Positions 27,766 to 38,904 of a stretch of 64,000 bases of DNA are shown piece by piece. This DNA comes from an uncultured archaeon (lineage in GTDB: Archaea; Asgardarchaeota; Lokiarchaeia; Sigyniarchaeales; SOKP01). Each line of letters opens with the position of its first letter. Position 1 is the first letter of the stretch. Both the position numbers and the translations under genes were made by a program. The stretch is from positions 59,971 through 123,970 of the forward strand of contig CAZWEM010000007.1 in NCBI GenBank assembly GCA_964632315.1, read 5' to 3'. Below the pieces are notes generated by a model that ran no database searches, was not told the origin of the DNA, and was given only the letters and a program-made list of their open reading frames with translations.

Positions 27766-29313
27766 TTATGTTCTGCCGTAAATTTCACTGATATGGGCTA
27801 AATTAGAATTATAATTTTCATTTAATTGATCCCAAGTGAATCTCCACTCCCAATTATCTTCGGTTTTTCCAGGGACATTCATTCTTGCTTCATCATCTAA
27901 TCTGAGAAGATCTTGTAATGGAATCACTGCCATATTTGCCACAGAACCCCAAATAAGACGAATTAGAACACCCACCATATCGTCATCGAAGGAATTGACA
28001 TAATCTATAAGATTATTTTTCTTCTTAGCAGATAACCCATTGAACCAGGATTTGGTGGTTTGGTTGTCATGAGTGCCAGTATAAACAATTGAATTTTGAA
28101 TATAATTATGGGGTAAATATTTATGTTGAGAGGGATCCGAAGGCTTAGAGGGATCTGGGGATTCCTCAAAGGCAAATTGTAAGACTCTAATGCCTGGATA
28201 TCCTGTATGTTGTAGTAATTTATCTACTTCAGGAGTAATGAGCCCTAAATCTTCTGCAATTATTGCTAATTCTCCCAAGTTTTGTTTTATTTTCTGAAAC
28301 AAATCAATTCCTGGCCCTGGTTTCCACTCACCTCTCACTGCTGTCTCCTCGATAGCCGGAATTTGCCAATAAGATTCAAAGCCCCGAAAATGATCAATTC
28401 GTAATATATCAACCATTCGAAAAGAATTTTTAATTCTTTGGATCCACCATTTATAATCTTGCTTTTTCATCTCTTCCCAGTTATATAACGGATTACCCCA
28501 ACGCTGTCCTGTTGATGAAAAGTAATCAGGAGGAACTCCTGATACGTATAATAATTCTCTATCGTCATCTAGCTGATAAAATTCAGGATGTATCCATACA
28601 TCAACTGAATCATATGCTACAAAAATTGGAAGATCCCCTATGATCTTGATATTCTTTTGATTTGCATAATTTTTCGCTTCTTTCCATTGTTTAAAAAACA
28701 AGAATTGAGTAAATTTATGGAACCTAACTTCAAATTTATGATCTTTTTCCCATTTTTTAATAGCTACGGGATCATGAAATCTCAAATCCTGTTCCCATTC
28801 ATTCCATGCTTTTAATTCGTTAGCTAACTTAATTGACATGAATATGCTAAAATCATCCAACCAAGACGATTCATCTTTAATAAAAACCTTGAACTCTTGA
28901 ATTATCGAGGGAATGCTGTCTTTCTGAAAATGCTTAAAAGCTGTTTCTAAAACATTCCATTTATATTTAATCACCTTTCCAAAATCCACACGTGAGTCTG
29001 GAAATGTTTCGGTCGGTTCACATTCCTTTGACGATACTAAATTCATTTCAATCAATTTTTCGGGACTTATTAACATGGGATTCCCAGCAAACGAAGAAAA
29101 GCTTTGATAAGGAGAATTAGCATAACCAGTAGGACCTAACGGAAGGATTTGCCAGAGATTTTGTTTATATTTGTATAAAAAATCAATAAAATTATATAAC
29201 TCGGGACCAAGATCACCTATTCCATATTGACTTGGGAAACAAGTAGGGTGAACTAAGATACCCCCCATTCGTCTATTAGAAGGATTATTTTGGTTTAAAT
29301 TCATTTCATTCAT
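27766..29313 (-). CDS. malQ: 4-alpha-glucanotransferase (amylomaltase, GH77)
   Basis: WQILPLGP, SPY, GDLPIFV, GVPPDYFS.TGQ.WGNP, RIDHFRG, AEDLG, YTGTHDN. Confidence 0.95.
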   Translation of the reverse strand: MNEMNLNQNNPSNRRMGGILVHPTCFPSQYGIGDLGPELYNFIDFLYKYKQNLWQILPLGPTGYANSPYQSFSSFAGNPMLISPEKLIEMNLVSSKECEPTETFPDSRVDFGKVIKYKWNVLETAFKHFQKDSIPSIIQEFKVFIKDESSWLDDFSIFMSIKLANELKAWNEWEQDLRFHDPVAIKKWEKDHKFEVRFHKFTQFLFFKQWKEAKNYANQKNIKIIGDLPIFVAYDSVDVWIHPEFYQLDDDRELLYVSGVPPDYFSSTGQRWGNPLYNWEEMKKQDYKWWIQRIKNSFRMVDILRIDHFRGFESYWQIPAIEETAVRGEWKPGPGIDLFQKIKQNLGELAIIAEDLGLITPEVDKLLQHTGYPGIRVLQFAFEESPDPSKPSDPSQHKYLPHNYIQNSIVYTGTHDNQTTKSWFNGLSAKKKNNLIDYVNSFDDDMVGVLIRLIWGSVANMAVIPLQDLLRLDDEARMNVPGKTEDNWEWRFTWDQLNENYNSNLAHISEIYGRT

Positions 29314-29426
29314 GTTTAGTTACTTGATTATTCTACGCTATATAAATTGCTGGACTTAAAATCATTAAGCAAAATGTAATAAAGCTCTTGAATCATTGCA
29401 GAATCTAATAAAAAAATAAGTTATTA

Positions 29427-30563
29427 TTAATGAGTTTTTCCTGCCGCCCTCTGGGTAAGGAGGTCCATTTGATTCTTTACGGGAACTATTTCTCGCACTT
29501 TTTCTAGAAAAATAGCCTCTTCAGGACAATTAGAGGCACAGAGCCCGCACCCTATGCATCTATCTATCCTAATTTTAATTTTATCATCAGAGAGATCTTC
29601 TTTATGAGGCCAATGATGATAAATCGCTTCCATTGGACAAATACTCAAACAAGATTCGCATAAAGTGCACAGTTCTTGTTTGATTCTAGGTTCAAAATTA
29701 GATTTAGTAATTGAACCATAGTTATTGAGTTCTTTAACCGACTTTAAAAACCCACAACAACAAGAGCAACAATTGCAAACAAAGGTCGCTGTATCTTGCA
29801 TGTTAAATGTTTCATGTACCAAGCCTTCTTTTTCAGCTCTTTCCATTATCTCCATCAATTCATCCAATGACACTTCCCTTCCTACTCCTTGTTCAATAAC
29901 CATCTTTGCTAATGTTCCAGTAGTAACACAATAATTTTCATCAGTTTGTTTGCAGGGTTCTCCAGCTAATTTTGCTGCATTTCTACAACTACACGGCACA
30001 ACAGCATATAATTTAGGATTAGCTTTTTCCAAATATTCTTTTAATATTTCGAAAGGTAAAATTTGATATTTACCTTCAACAGATTTCTCTATTTCGAGTA
30101 CCTTTTCGGTGGGTTTTATTGCTGGAATAACACGATAAATTGTATAATCGCTGGCACTTAATTCATATGGAAATCCAATCTTCTGTAATTCTAAGTGTGC
30201 TTCTGCAGCTTTTTTCATCCTCTCTGGATCATCCCTGTTAGTAGTAAAATATACCTCAAATCCACCCGGTAAGTAAGGTAATAGAAGGTATAAAGTCCCC
30301 AATTTTATCAGTTTTCCTTTATTATACATGTCTTCAAGAACTTCTGTTAATTCATCTATGGGAACATTTGATAACCTTGATATTTTCTTAATGTTCATTG
30401 GAGTACTCACTTTCTCAAAGCTTGAGGTCAAGATCTGAGCTTCTCTTTCTGTAAACATATTTTTCAGTAATTTCATTGAGATTGGATGTTTCGGTAATCC
30501 AATAACATTCTCACCCTTGCTCAATAATAAACGAAGATTCTCATACAAATCTGTCGTATCCAT
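29427..30563 (-). CDS. 4Fe-4S dicluster protein with an N-terminal helical/HTH-like region
   Basis: CSCR, CNCCSCCC and two CxxCxxCxxxCP motifs; start uncertain. Confidence 0.85.
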   Translation of the reverse strand: MDTTDLYENLRLLLSKGENVIGLPKHPISMKLLKNMFTEREAQILTSSFEKVSTPMNIKKISRLSNVPIDELTEVLEDMYNKGKLIKLGTLYLLLPYLPGGFEVYFTTNRDDPERMKKAAEAHLELQKIGFPYELSASDYTIYRVIPAIKPTEKVLEIEKSVEGKYQILPFEILKEYLEKANPKLYAVVPCSCRNAAKLAGEPCKQTDENYCVTTGTLAKMVIEQGVGREVSLDELMEIMERAEKEGLVHETFNMQDTATFVCNCCSCCCGFLKSVKELNNYGSITKSNFEPRIKQELCTLCESCLSICPMEAIYHHWPHKEDLSDDKIKIRIDRCIGCGLCASNCPEEAIFLEKVREIVPVKNQMDLLTQRAAGKTH

Positions 30564-30831
30564 CTTATCATTCCTCATTTTAGAAATTTTATTTAATATG
30601 AATGATTTTGTCTTGGCAATATATAAATGTAAATAAAAACCATACGTCATGTGGCTTTTACTACTTAAGTTAAGTCTTCATTCAACAGTAACCAAAGTTT
30701 CTCATACAATTCTGTTGTACTCATTATAGATATGATTAAAGTTATAGTAATCGAAATTACCTCGTTAAATTTGTCTTTGATTTTAGAACAAAAACATTAA
30801 AATTAAAGTTGAATCTTAATATCTTCCAAAT

Positions 30832-31815
30832 ATGGTTAACTTCGAATTAATAAAAATTGACTCAGAGTTTGAAAAGATATTAAAAGAAGATCAAGAATTA
30901 AAAGAAGTAGCAGCACGAGAATTTGCGAAATCGGAAGGCATTCCGGTCGAAAATGCAATAGAAATGAAAGGAGATTGGAATCTTATTTTAGGGTTAAACA
31001 GATTTACAACGGAATATATTGGAGATTTTCAAAAGAATTATATTCCTGAAACTGTAATTTCAAAAAAGTTCAAGATCAAAGAAGTCAATGCTGAATGGAC
31101 AATTGTACCGAACAGTAGAGAAGAAAGAGCATTCCTTTACTTCTTTGGTGGTGGATATATTATGGGAAGCTTGAGTGCAAGCAGTTATATCCGATATTTA
31201 TTAGGTAGGTATACTGGTGTAAATGTTCTTGGAATAGACTATTCTCTTGCTCCAGAAATGCCATTTCCTGCAGCATTAGATGATGCAATAAGTAGTTATG
31301 AGTGGCTTTTATCCAATGGTTATAACGCTCAAAATATTATAATTGGAGGGAGCTCTGCCGGAGGAGGTCTTGCCATGGCAATGTTATTAAAAGCGAAAGA
31401 ACTAGGCTTAAAGTTTCCAAAAGCAGCAGTTTTAATCTCTCCATGGGTTGATTTAACTTGTAGGGCTAAATCAATCAAAAAATCGAGGGAAATCGAGCCA
31501 GAATTAGCTACTGGATTAAAACCAATGGCTTCCTTATATGCAAAAGGAGAAAACAAAAAAAATCCTTATATTTCACCAGTATTTGGCGATCTAAATAAAC
31601 TCCCACCGCTTTTGATCCATGCTGGGAGTGTTGAGGGTCTTCTTGATGATGCTCAACTATTGGCTAAGAATGCTAAGTTTCAAAATGTAGAAGTTGAATT
31701 GAAAATATGGGATAACATGCCGCATGATTTTCAGACTTATGGAGATAATCATCCTACAGGTAAACTCGCATTTGAAGATATTTCTGATTTTGTTCAAAGA
31801 CACTTTAACCTTTAA
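30832..31815 (+). CDS. Alpha/beta hydrolase (HSL-like esterase)
   Basis: FGGGY oxyanion motif, DYSLAPE.PFP, GSSAGG nucleophile, MPHDF. Confidence 0.9.
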   Translation: MVNFELIKIDSEFEKILKEDQELKEVAAREFAKSEGIPVENAIEMKGDWNLILGLNRFTTEYIGDFQKNYIPETVISKKFKIKEVNAEWTIVPNSREERAFLYFFGGGYIMGSLSASSYIRYLLGRYTGVNVLGIDYSLAPEMPFPAALDDAISSYEWLLSNGYNAQNIIIGGSSAGGGLAMAMLLKAKELGLKFPKAAVLISPWVDLTCRAKSIKKSREIEPELATGLKPMASLYAKGENKKNPYISPVFGDLNKLPPLLIHAGSVEGLLDDAQLLAKNAKFQNVEVELKIWDNMPHDFQTYGDNHPTGKLAFEDISDFVQRHFNL

Positions 31816-31857
31816 ATCTAAGAGGTTTAACCATATTTTAATTTCTAAATTATAATT

Positions 31858-34317
31858 TTAGCTATAAAATTTATACTGTTCTTTTATGTGATCGAGGTTT
31901 CTTTGTGTTGTGGATAACATTTGATAATCTTCTATCTCTTTATATATCGTGACTGCTCTTTCTAAAAGATTTATTGCTTTTTCATAATCCTTCTTGAACT
32001 TATATAATACTGTCCCTAAATTATTTAGCGCTTTAGCAATTCCTGGCTTAATTTCCAAATCTTCCATAATGCTTAATGCCTTAGTATAAGTACCAATACA
32101 TTCATCATGCTTTCCGATATCACCTAAAATTCCTCCAATATTAAAAAGCTGATTCGCAGCTTCATGTAAGTTCTCCAAAGATCGTGCAATACTATGTGCT
32201 TTCTTATATTCCTCTAAAGCTTTTTCAAATTGTCTTCGAGCTTCATAAATTGAACCCCTATTTCCATAGCGTACTGCCAAATGAATTTTTTCTCCGATAT
32301 TTTCAGCAATTTCAATGGATTGATTGAAATAATCGTATGCTTTATCATAATTTCCTCTCACCCTAAAGATCAATCCGATATTATTCAAGCTAGTCGCTTG
32401 GCCCGATAGGTCATCTAATTCTTTTCTAATTTTATAAGCATCATTATAAAACCTCATTGCATCGTCAAGTTTTCCTATAGAAAAATAAATACCACCAATT
32501 GCATTACCTGCAAGTGATTTGATTCTTAATTTTTTAATTTTATCTGCGATTTTGTATGCACGATCTAAATAACTTAGTGCTTCTTTGTTATATCCCGCAA
32601 TTCTATAAATATTTCCAATGGTGTTTAAGTTAGATGCCATATCATCCAAATCTCCCAATAGTTCATCAATTTTAAGAGCTTCTGATGCATTCTTCAATGC
32701 CGGGTCTAATAATCCTTGAGATAGATAAATACTTGCTAAGTTGTTATAACATAATGCCTTATTTGATAGATCTCCATTTCGTTCTGCTATTTCAAGTGCT
32801 TGTTCAATATTTTTAGTAGCATTTTGAATATCTCCACTTGATCGATATATGACTCCTAAACCATTTAAAATCGAAAATTTTAATATATAAGGTGTTTGCT
32901 CCGTAATTAAATTAGATGCGTCGATGATATGTTTCAAGGCATACTTAAAATCTCCCTTTTTTCTATAGTATTCTCCAATATTAAGAAGAACTCCAATTTT
33001 TTCATTTATTTGATTTAAATTCTCGGTCAATTGAAGAGTCTTTTCAAAATATTCAAATGCTTGTTCTGGTTTGCCAATCGTAAGAGATAATAATCCAATT
33101 GCATTGGTGAAATATAGTTCATTTATATCATTCTTCTCGTTCTTAGCAAGATCTAAACCTCTTAAAGCGGTTCTCTCAGCATCTTCTGTATTACCCAATT
33201 CATTATAAATCTCATGAGCAAGACGATATTTAGAGGATTTTGATGCTTCGAAATGGTTTTCTTTCATATATTCACTAAAACTGGGTACCTTTCTAACCGA
33301 ATCTTCATTTAAAGTTTCAAAATTCTCTTTAAATATTGGAGCTAACTTGGTCTTTACAAAATTAATCGTGTTAGTCGTGATTTTAAATACCTCAATATTC
33401 TTTTTAGATGCTAATTCAAGTAATAAAAAGTCCTGTTTCGAAACAGATGAGCTGGGTTGTAGTTTTGAGAATTTAATTGGGAGATATTTAAAAATTTCCA
33501 CTCCTTGCATATCTTGTACGTGTTCAACCCAAATAATTCGCTTTAAACCCTCTAATTCTTTAAGCATTGGACTGATATCAAAATCATCACTACCGGAGTA
33601 CCCCATTATAACCAGATCGCGGTATTGCATAATCTTGTCTATTAATTTCTTTTTGTACGGTTCGATGGCAAAAGTCTTACCCTTTTCCCTATCCTTGCCA
33701 AGAGCGCTTATTGTCGTTATTAATGAATCTTTTGTAGGTCTCCCTTTAATACAATCCCATTTAGATCCATGGATTTTAATGATTGGAAATTGGGATTGTA
33801 TATTTTTTTCATAATCTTCCTTAGTGATGATAACCATAACTTTTTGGTGATATGGATGAGACATGAGAAATTGTGAAAGTTTTGCCTTTAAGCCCATTTC
33901 AAGTAAATAGTCAAAATTGGTGGTTACAACATAGTTATATCGCATTATCATATTTGCTAGAAAGATATGGTTGGCATTCGGTTCCTTTACTTCATCTAAA
34001 TAATCTAAAAATCGAACTTCTTTATCAAACAAGCTTTGGATTTTTTCTACTAAAAATTCATATCTCAATGTGCCTAATTGGGATAATTTTTCAATTTCTT
34101 CTTTAGGTGCATAATAAGTAAATAATTCTTTCACGAATTGTCGTGCAGAAGGAACGCAAGAAGGAGGATCCATTGAGATTCCAGCACCAACTAAAAACGT
34201 ATAACGTTGCTGCTCATTGAACAAATTGTTTATTTCATTATTTTGCTCTTCTTTTGGAACCTTGAGTATTAGGTTATTTTGAATTATATCATTCATAAGT
34301 AAGTACAATTTTTTCAA
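31858..34317 (-). CDS. SIR2-like domain + TPR repeat protein
   Basis: FLVGAGIS, TTNFD, KIHGS, GYSGSD; C-terminal half is about 10 TPR-like repeats. Confidence 0.9.
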   Translation of the reverse strand: MKKLYLLMNDIIQNNLILKVPKEEQNNEINNLFNEQQRYTFLVGAGISMDPPSCVPSARQFVKELFTYYAPKEEIEKLSQLGTLRYEFLVEKIQSLFDKEVRFLDYLDEVKEPNANHIFLANMIMRYNYVVTTNFDYLLEMGLKAKLSQFLMSHPYHQKVMVIITKEDYEKNIQSQFPIIKIHGSKWDCIKGRPTKDSLITTISALGKDREKGKTFAIEPYKKKLIDKIMQYRDLVIMGYSGSDDFDISPMLKELEGLKRIIWVEHVQDMQGVEIFKYLPIKFSKLQPSSSVSKQDFLLLELASKKNIEVFKITTNTINFVKTKLAPIFKENFETLNEDSVRKVPSFSEYMKENHFEASKSSKYRLAHEIYNELGNTEDAERTALRGLDLAKNEKNDINELYFTNAIGLLSLTIGKPEQAFEYFEKTLQLTENLNQINEKIGVLLNIGEYYRKKGDFKYALKHIIDASNLITEQTPYILKFSILNGLGVIYRSSGDIQNATKNIEQALEIAERNGDLSNKALCYNNLASIYLSQGLLDPALKNASEALKIDELLGDLDDMASNLNTIGNIYRIAGYNKEALSYLDRAYKIADKIKKLRIKSLAGNAIGGIYFSIGKLDDAMRFYNDAYKIRKELDDLSGQATSLNNIGLIFRVRGNYDKAYDYFNQSIEIAENIGEKIHLAVRYGNRGSIYEARRQFEKALEEYKKAHSIARSLENLHEAANQLFNIGGILGDIGKHDECIGTYTKALSIMEDLEIKPGIAKALNNLGTVLYKFKKDYEKAINLLERAVTIYKEIEDYQMLSTTQRNLDHIKEQYKFYS

Positions 34318-34537
34318 TTTTTTATGGAAATAAAGAATTCAAAATTAAAAATTTAATTAAATCACCATTTTTGAACGCAAACCTTTCGTATTGAAATTTA
34401 CAGAAGGCTTTTATCCGTATAGCAAGAGATCTCTTAAAAAACTAAATTTTTGATGCCCTTTTTTAGATAATATTTACACTAAAATCTGAAAGATTTACCA
34501 CAAGAATTAAATATCTTATTAACAATACGATCCTCAA

Positions 34538-35014
34538 ATGAAGATAAAAATCTTACTATCAATGATATGTTGGTTCGTTTTAATTCTATTCAGTCTACAT
34601 TTTAATGTGGTTCAAGCACATCCACCTACAAATATGACTGGATCATATGATCAAAACACTGAAATCTTAACCGTTACAATAACACATCCAGTTTCAGACC
34701 CTAATAAGCACTACATCAAAATGATTGAAGTGAGAGTTAATGACACCGTTGTCTTAACTGAATATTATACGAGTCAACCCAATTCGAATATATTTACTTA
34801 CAAATATTCAATTGTCGCGGGTGATGGAGCATACATTTTAATAGAAGCCCGATGTAATGAAAACGGGGGAATGAGTATCTCAGTAATCGTAGGAGAACCT
34901 ACTGGTCTAAAAATTCCGGGATTTACTGAATTTTTTTGGATATTAGGAATTTGTTTTTTCATCGCAATTATCATAACCATTAGAAATAGGAAAATTTTTC
35001 ATCAATCCAAATAA
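34538..35014 (+). CDS. Secreted small beta-sandwich protein with a Loki-CTERM-like anchor
   Basis: Signal peptide ending VQA-HPP; THP...HYI; C-terminal IPGF + TM + basic tail. Confidence 0.75.
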   Translation: MKIKILLSMICWFVLILFSLHFNVVQAHPPTNMTGSYDQNTEILTVTITHPVSDPNKHYIKMIEVRVNDTVVLTEYYTSQPNSNIFTYKYSIVAGDGAYILIEARCNENGGMSISVIVGEPTGLKIPGFTEFFWILGICFFIAIIITIRNRKIFHQSK

Positions 35015-35019
35015 CATGC

Positions 35020-35042
35020 AAATATAGGAATATCCTATATTT
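35020..35042. repeat. Perfect 10-bp inverted repeat (terminator or operator)
   Basis: AAATATAGGA-ATA-TCCTATATTT directly after the stop at 35014, followed by T residues. Confidence 0.45.
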
Positions 35043-35143
35043 TTCTATAATATTTAAGCTTTAATTTTATAAAGATGAGAGTTATCCACTATTATAGAAT
35101 AGAACTCAATTTTAGAACATGTTCGAAAATGTTATTAAATTGA

Positions 35144-35707
35144 ATGTTTCGTGAGTATAATTTAGAGATGGTAAAAAAGATGATGCCAATTGGACCATTA
35201 ATGAAAGAACATCGATTAATTGAGAAAATGATTGAACATATAGATAATGAAATCGAAAGAATGGAAAAATTTAATAAGGCAAATCCGCTTTTCATTGATA
35301 CTGCTGTTGATTTCATTAGAATGTATGCGGATAGAACTCATCATGGTAAAGAAGAAGAGATTCTATTTAGAGAGTTAGGTAAGAAAGATTTATCTCCGAA
35401 TCATAAGAAAATTATGGAAGAACTCGTAGAAGAACATAAATGGGCAAGAAGAATAGTAGGAAATCTCGTCGAAGCTAAAAATAGATACGTAAATGGTAAA
35501 GTTGATGAAGTGGGAGACATTATAAATTTGATGAGTGAACTGGTTGAATTTTATCCAAAACACATTGAAAAGGAGGATAAGCATTTTTTCATACCGGTAA
35601 TGAAATATTTCAGTCAAGAAGAGCAAGATCAAATGCTCCAAGAATATTGGGATTTTGATAAAACTCTTATACACGAGAAATATGAAAAAGTAGTAGAATC
35701 TCTCTAA
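35144..35707 (+). CDS. Hemerythrin HHE domain protein
   Basis: EH, HHGKEE, EEH, HIEKED motifs. Confidence 0.9.
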   Translation: MFREYNLEMVKKMMPIGPLMKEHRLIEKMIEHIDNEIERMEKFNKANPLFIDTAVDFIRMYADRTHHGKEEEILFRELGKKDLSPNHKKIMEELVEEHKWARRIVGNLVEAKNRYVNGKVDEVGDIINLMSELVEFYPKHIEKEDKHFFIPVMKYFSQEEQDQMLQEYWDFDKTLIHEKYEKVVESL

Positions 35708-35859
35708 TTTTTATTAATTTGATTTTATTTCGAACTTTTTTATTTTTTTACATTTTCCTAGATTTATTAATTCATTCAAATAAGAAAAAAATATTTACCT
35801 TGTTAATTTGTAATACTATTATTCTTCAATATTGAATAGAAAAATGTGCATGAGATATT

Positions 35860-36996
35860 ATGGCTGACAAATCCAAACTATTAGAATTAGTAAAAGATCA
35901 TGGAACTCCAATTCTTGTCATAGATCATGATATAATAAGAGAGAACTATATGAAATTTTCTAAAAATCTTCCTCGTGTCAAACCATACTATGCTATAAAA
36001 GCAAATCCTGAATCCAAAATAGTAAAAACGTTATATAAGTTAGATTCAAATTTCGATGTTGCATCATGGGAGGAATTTATGATTGTTTATGATGCAATTC
36101 AAGGAAGTGAAAATATAAAAAAACGTTTTATGAACGATAAGATTATATATGCAAATCCTGTTAAACGTATTGATTCATTGAAAAAACTCAATAACTATTT
36201 TCTTCAAATGACGTTTGATAATTATGTTGAAATCGATAAAATTTCTAATTATTGTAAAAACAGTCGATTAATTTTGAGAGTCGATGTTCCAAATATCGGA
36301 TCAGTTGTAGAATTATCCACAAAATTTGGAGCACCTCATGATATTTGCATTGACCTTATCAAACATGCTAATAAGAGGGGTTTTAATGTTGATGGCCTAA
36401 GTTTTCATGTTGGTAGTCAATGTAGTAATTTTAATAACTATGTTGAAGCTTTTAAAATAGCTCGTTGCATTTTTAACCAATCTGAGAAGATAGGAAATAG
36501 ATTGTCGATATTAGACATTGGAGGAGGATTTCCAGTACCATATGATGAAAATGTCCCCTCTTTTGAACAACTAACCACTATTATCAATTCTAATCTTGAA
36601 AAGTATTTCAATGATCCCGAGATTAAAATTATAGCAGAACCAGGACGTTTTTTAGTTGCTACTAGTGCTACTGCAATAGTTGAAATTAATGGAAAAGCAA
36701 CTAGAAACAATAAAACCTATTATTATGTCAATGATGGGGTATACAATACCTTCTCGGGACTAATATTTGATCATATCCAGTATCATTTTAAGGCTTTCAA
36801 GGAAGGAGAGTTAAGTAGCTGTGCTGTTGTTGGACCTACTTGTGACGCTTTAGACAAGATCTCACTTGATGAAATGCTACCAGAGTTGGAAATTGAGGAT
36901 CTACTTTATTCAGAAAATGCAGGAGCTTACACAAATGCTTCTGCCACCCATTTTAACGGTTTTCCTCCCGCAAAAATAGTACATATCAATACTTAA
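35860..36996 (+). CDS. Fold-type III PLP ornithine/lysine decarboxylase
   Basis: YAIKAN, FHVGSQ, DIGGGF, EPGRF, GPTCD, GAYT. Confidence 0.92.
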   Translation: MADKSKLLELVKDHGTPILVIDHDIIRENYMKFSKNLPRVKPYYAIKANPESKIVKTLYKLDSNFDVASWEEFMIVYDAIQGSENIKKRFMNDKIIYANPVKRIDSLKKLNNYFLQMTFDNYVEIDKISNYCKNSRLILRVDVPNIGSVVELSTKFGAPHDICIDLIKHANKRGFNVDGLSFHVGSQCSNFNNYVEAFKIARCIFNQSEKIGNRLSILDIGGGFPVPYDENVPSFEQLTTIINSNLEKYFNDPEIKIIAEPGRFLVATSATAIVEINGKATRNNKTYYYVNDGVYNTFSGLIFDHIQYHFKAFKEGELSSCAVVGPTCDALDKISLDEMLPELEIEDLLYSENAGAYTNASATHFNGFPPAKIVHINT

Positions 36997-37087
36997 TTTT
37001 AAACATATAATATGAACATAATTTAAATTACTGGGTGAAAAGTCAACGAATTCTCCAATAGAAGATGGTAATCTCAAGAAAAAAACG

Positions 37088-38428
37088 ATGCGAGTTTCTA
37101 TTACTGAAGGTTCGGTTGGCGTTTTTAGCAGCATGATCTCTGATAACTACATTGTACCTTTTGCACTTTTTCTGAACTCCTCACCTCTTCAAATTGGTAT
37201 CTTATCTTCTTTAGGAAACTTGATATCACCTTTAGGACAAATTATTGGATCACGTAAGATTGAAAAGAACTCAAGAAGATCAGTTCTAATGACAGGAATT
37301 ATAGGTATGGGTGCAATTTGGCCACTTTATACAATCTTAATCATTTTAGATCTTGTAAAATTTTTAATCTTAATTCTTCCCTGGATTTTAATAAGCATGT
37401 TTTTACTATATATGCTTTTTTCAGGCATAATGAATCCGGCATGGTTTTCAGTTATGGGGGATGTTGTTCCTGAAAATTATCGAGGAAGATATTTCGCGAA
37501 ACGCAACCTTATAACTAATGCAATTGCATTAATCGGCATATTATCCTTGTCTTACATGTTGGATTGGTTTAATACCTTAGGATTTGTTTTCTTTGGTTTC
37601 ATTCTCATATTTTTTTTCGGTTTCATTTCCCGTGGGATTTCCGCATTTCTTTTTACAAAACATTATTATCCACCGTTTGATTTTGAACAAAAAGATCACG
37701 TAAAATTTAGCAAAATGATTAAAGAGATTCCAAAAAGTAATTTTGGACGATTTACATTGTTTGTTTCTTTATTAACGTTAGGTCAATGGATAGCAGGACC
37801 ATTTTTTTCTGTTTATATGCTATCGGATTTAGGTTTTGATTATTCAATTTTTATTCTGGTGAATGTTTTTTCATCTATTATCGCATTATTTATTTTTCCA
37901 GTTTTAGGAAAAATATCAGATAAGTTTGGAAATGTTAGATTACTTCAAATTGGCGGAATTATCATCCCTTTACTTCCAATTTTATGGATATTTTTTAATA
38001 CTCCTTTAGGATTGATCCTTGGACCACAATTACTCGGAGGTATTGGTTGGACTTCATTCAACTTGGCCACTTCGAACTTTATTTATGATAATATCGCTGG
38101 AAAAGTGCGAGGAACTTATATTGCATTCTATAATTTTATATTGGGAATTTCTATCTTGATGGGAGGGCTGACAGGAGGATTCATAATTACATATATCCCC
38201 ATTAATTTTATGAATAAATATCATTTTATATTTCTAATTTCTGGGGTCTTGAGAATAATTATTGTCATTATAATGCTACCCATGATTAAGGAAGTAAGAG
38301 TAGCAACAAAACCTGTTTTCAATTTGAAGAATCTAAGCATTTACAAATGGCTTTATGATTTAACGCTAAGAAACTACGATAAAAATAAAAAATTAAAATC
38401 CAACACGAAGAATAAAAACCAGAGTTAA
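37088..38428 (+). CDS. MFS transporter
   Basis: About 12 TM helices; GKISDKFG; VPENYRGRYF. Confidence 0.88.
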   Translation: MRVSITEGSVGVFSSMISDNYIVPFALFLNSSPLQIGILSSLGNLISPLGQIIGSRKIEKNSRRSVLMTGIIGMGAIWPLYTILIILDLVKFLILILPWILISMFLLYMLFSGIMNPAWFSVMGDVVPENYRGRYFAKRNLITNAIALIGILSLSYMLDWFNTLGFVFFGFILIFFFGFISRGISAFLFTKHYYPPFDFEQKDHVKFSKMIKEIPKSNFGRFTLFVSLLTLGQWIAGPFFSVYMLSDLGFDYSIFILVNVFSSIIALFIFPVLGKISDKFGNVRLLQIGGIIIPLLPILWIFFNTPLGLILGPQLLGGIGWTSFNLATSNFIYDNIAGKVRGTYIAFYNFILGISILMGGLTGGFIITYIPINFMNKYHFIFLISGVLRIIIVIIMLPMIKEVRVATKPVFNLKNLSIYKWLYDLTLRNYDKNKKLKSNTKNKNQS

Positions 38429-38456
38429 AAAATCTAATATAAAAGTAAAATTGAAT

Positions 38457-38657
38457 TTAACCAAAGATTTGGACATGTGGAATAGCTAAATGATCTTGAA
38501 CTTCTTGTATCTCTTTACTTTTTTGTTGATGAGTATCATATTCATCTAATTTTCTTTCCATCATTATTATACTTCTTTCAATTTCATGTAATCTTTTCTC
38601 AATCTTTTTTATTTTTTCAATTAAGGTTAAGTTTTCAACTTTCATAGTAATCTTCAC
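38457..38657 (-). CDS. Small coiled-coil hypothetical protein
   Basis: Heptad-like charged sequence; GAGGTG SD upstream. Confidence 0.55.
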   Translation of the reverse strand: MKITMKVENLTLIEKIKKIEKRLHEIERSIIMMERKLDEYDTHQQKSKEIQEVQDHLAIPHVQIFG

Positions 38658-38904
38658 CTCTCTATTTTTTTAGACTCATGCATTATATGGATTTCCATAT
38701 TTAAATCTTTTATTGTCTCATTCTATGAAACTAAAGCAAGTATTAGGCAAATTTAATATAAATTACTTTGTTTAAATAGAGCTAATTAAGTACAAACAAA
38801 TTTTTTATGTGTCTAAATCCCTCAAATGCAATTAAAATTAAAAATGTGCCATAAATTTGTTAAAATAATTATACTTCGATTCGTGAATTAATGAATAAAA
38901 AGAT

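Noticed and set aside
30832-31815. HGGG-to-FGGG change as a sign of an inactive esterase
   Set aside because: The glycines, nucleophile GSSAG and catalytic His are intact; likely a family variant
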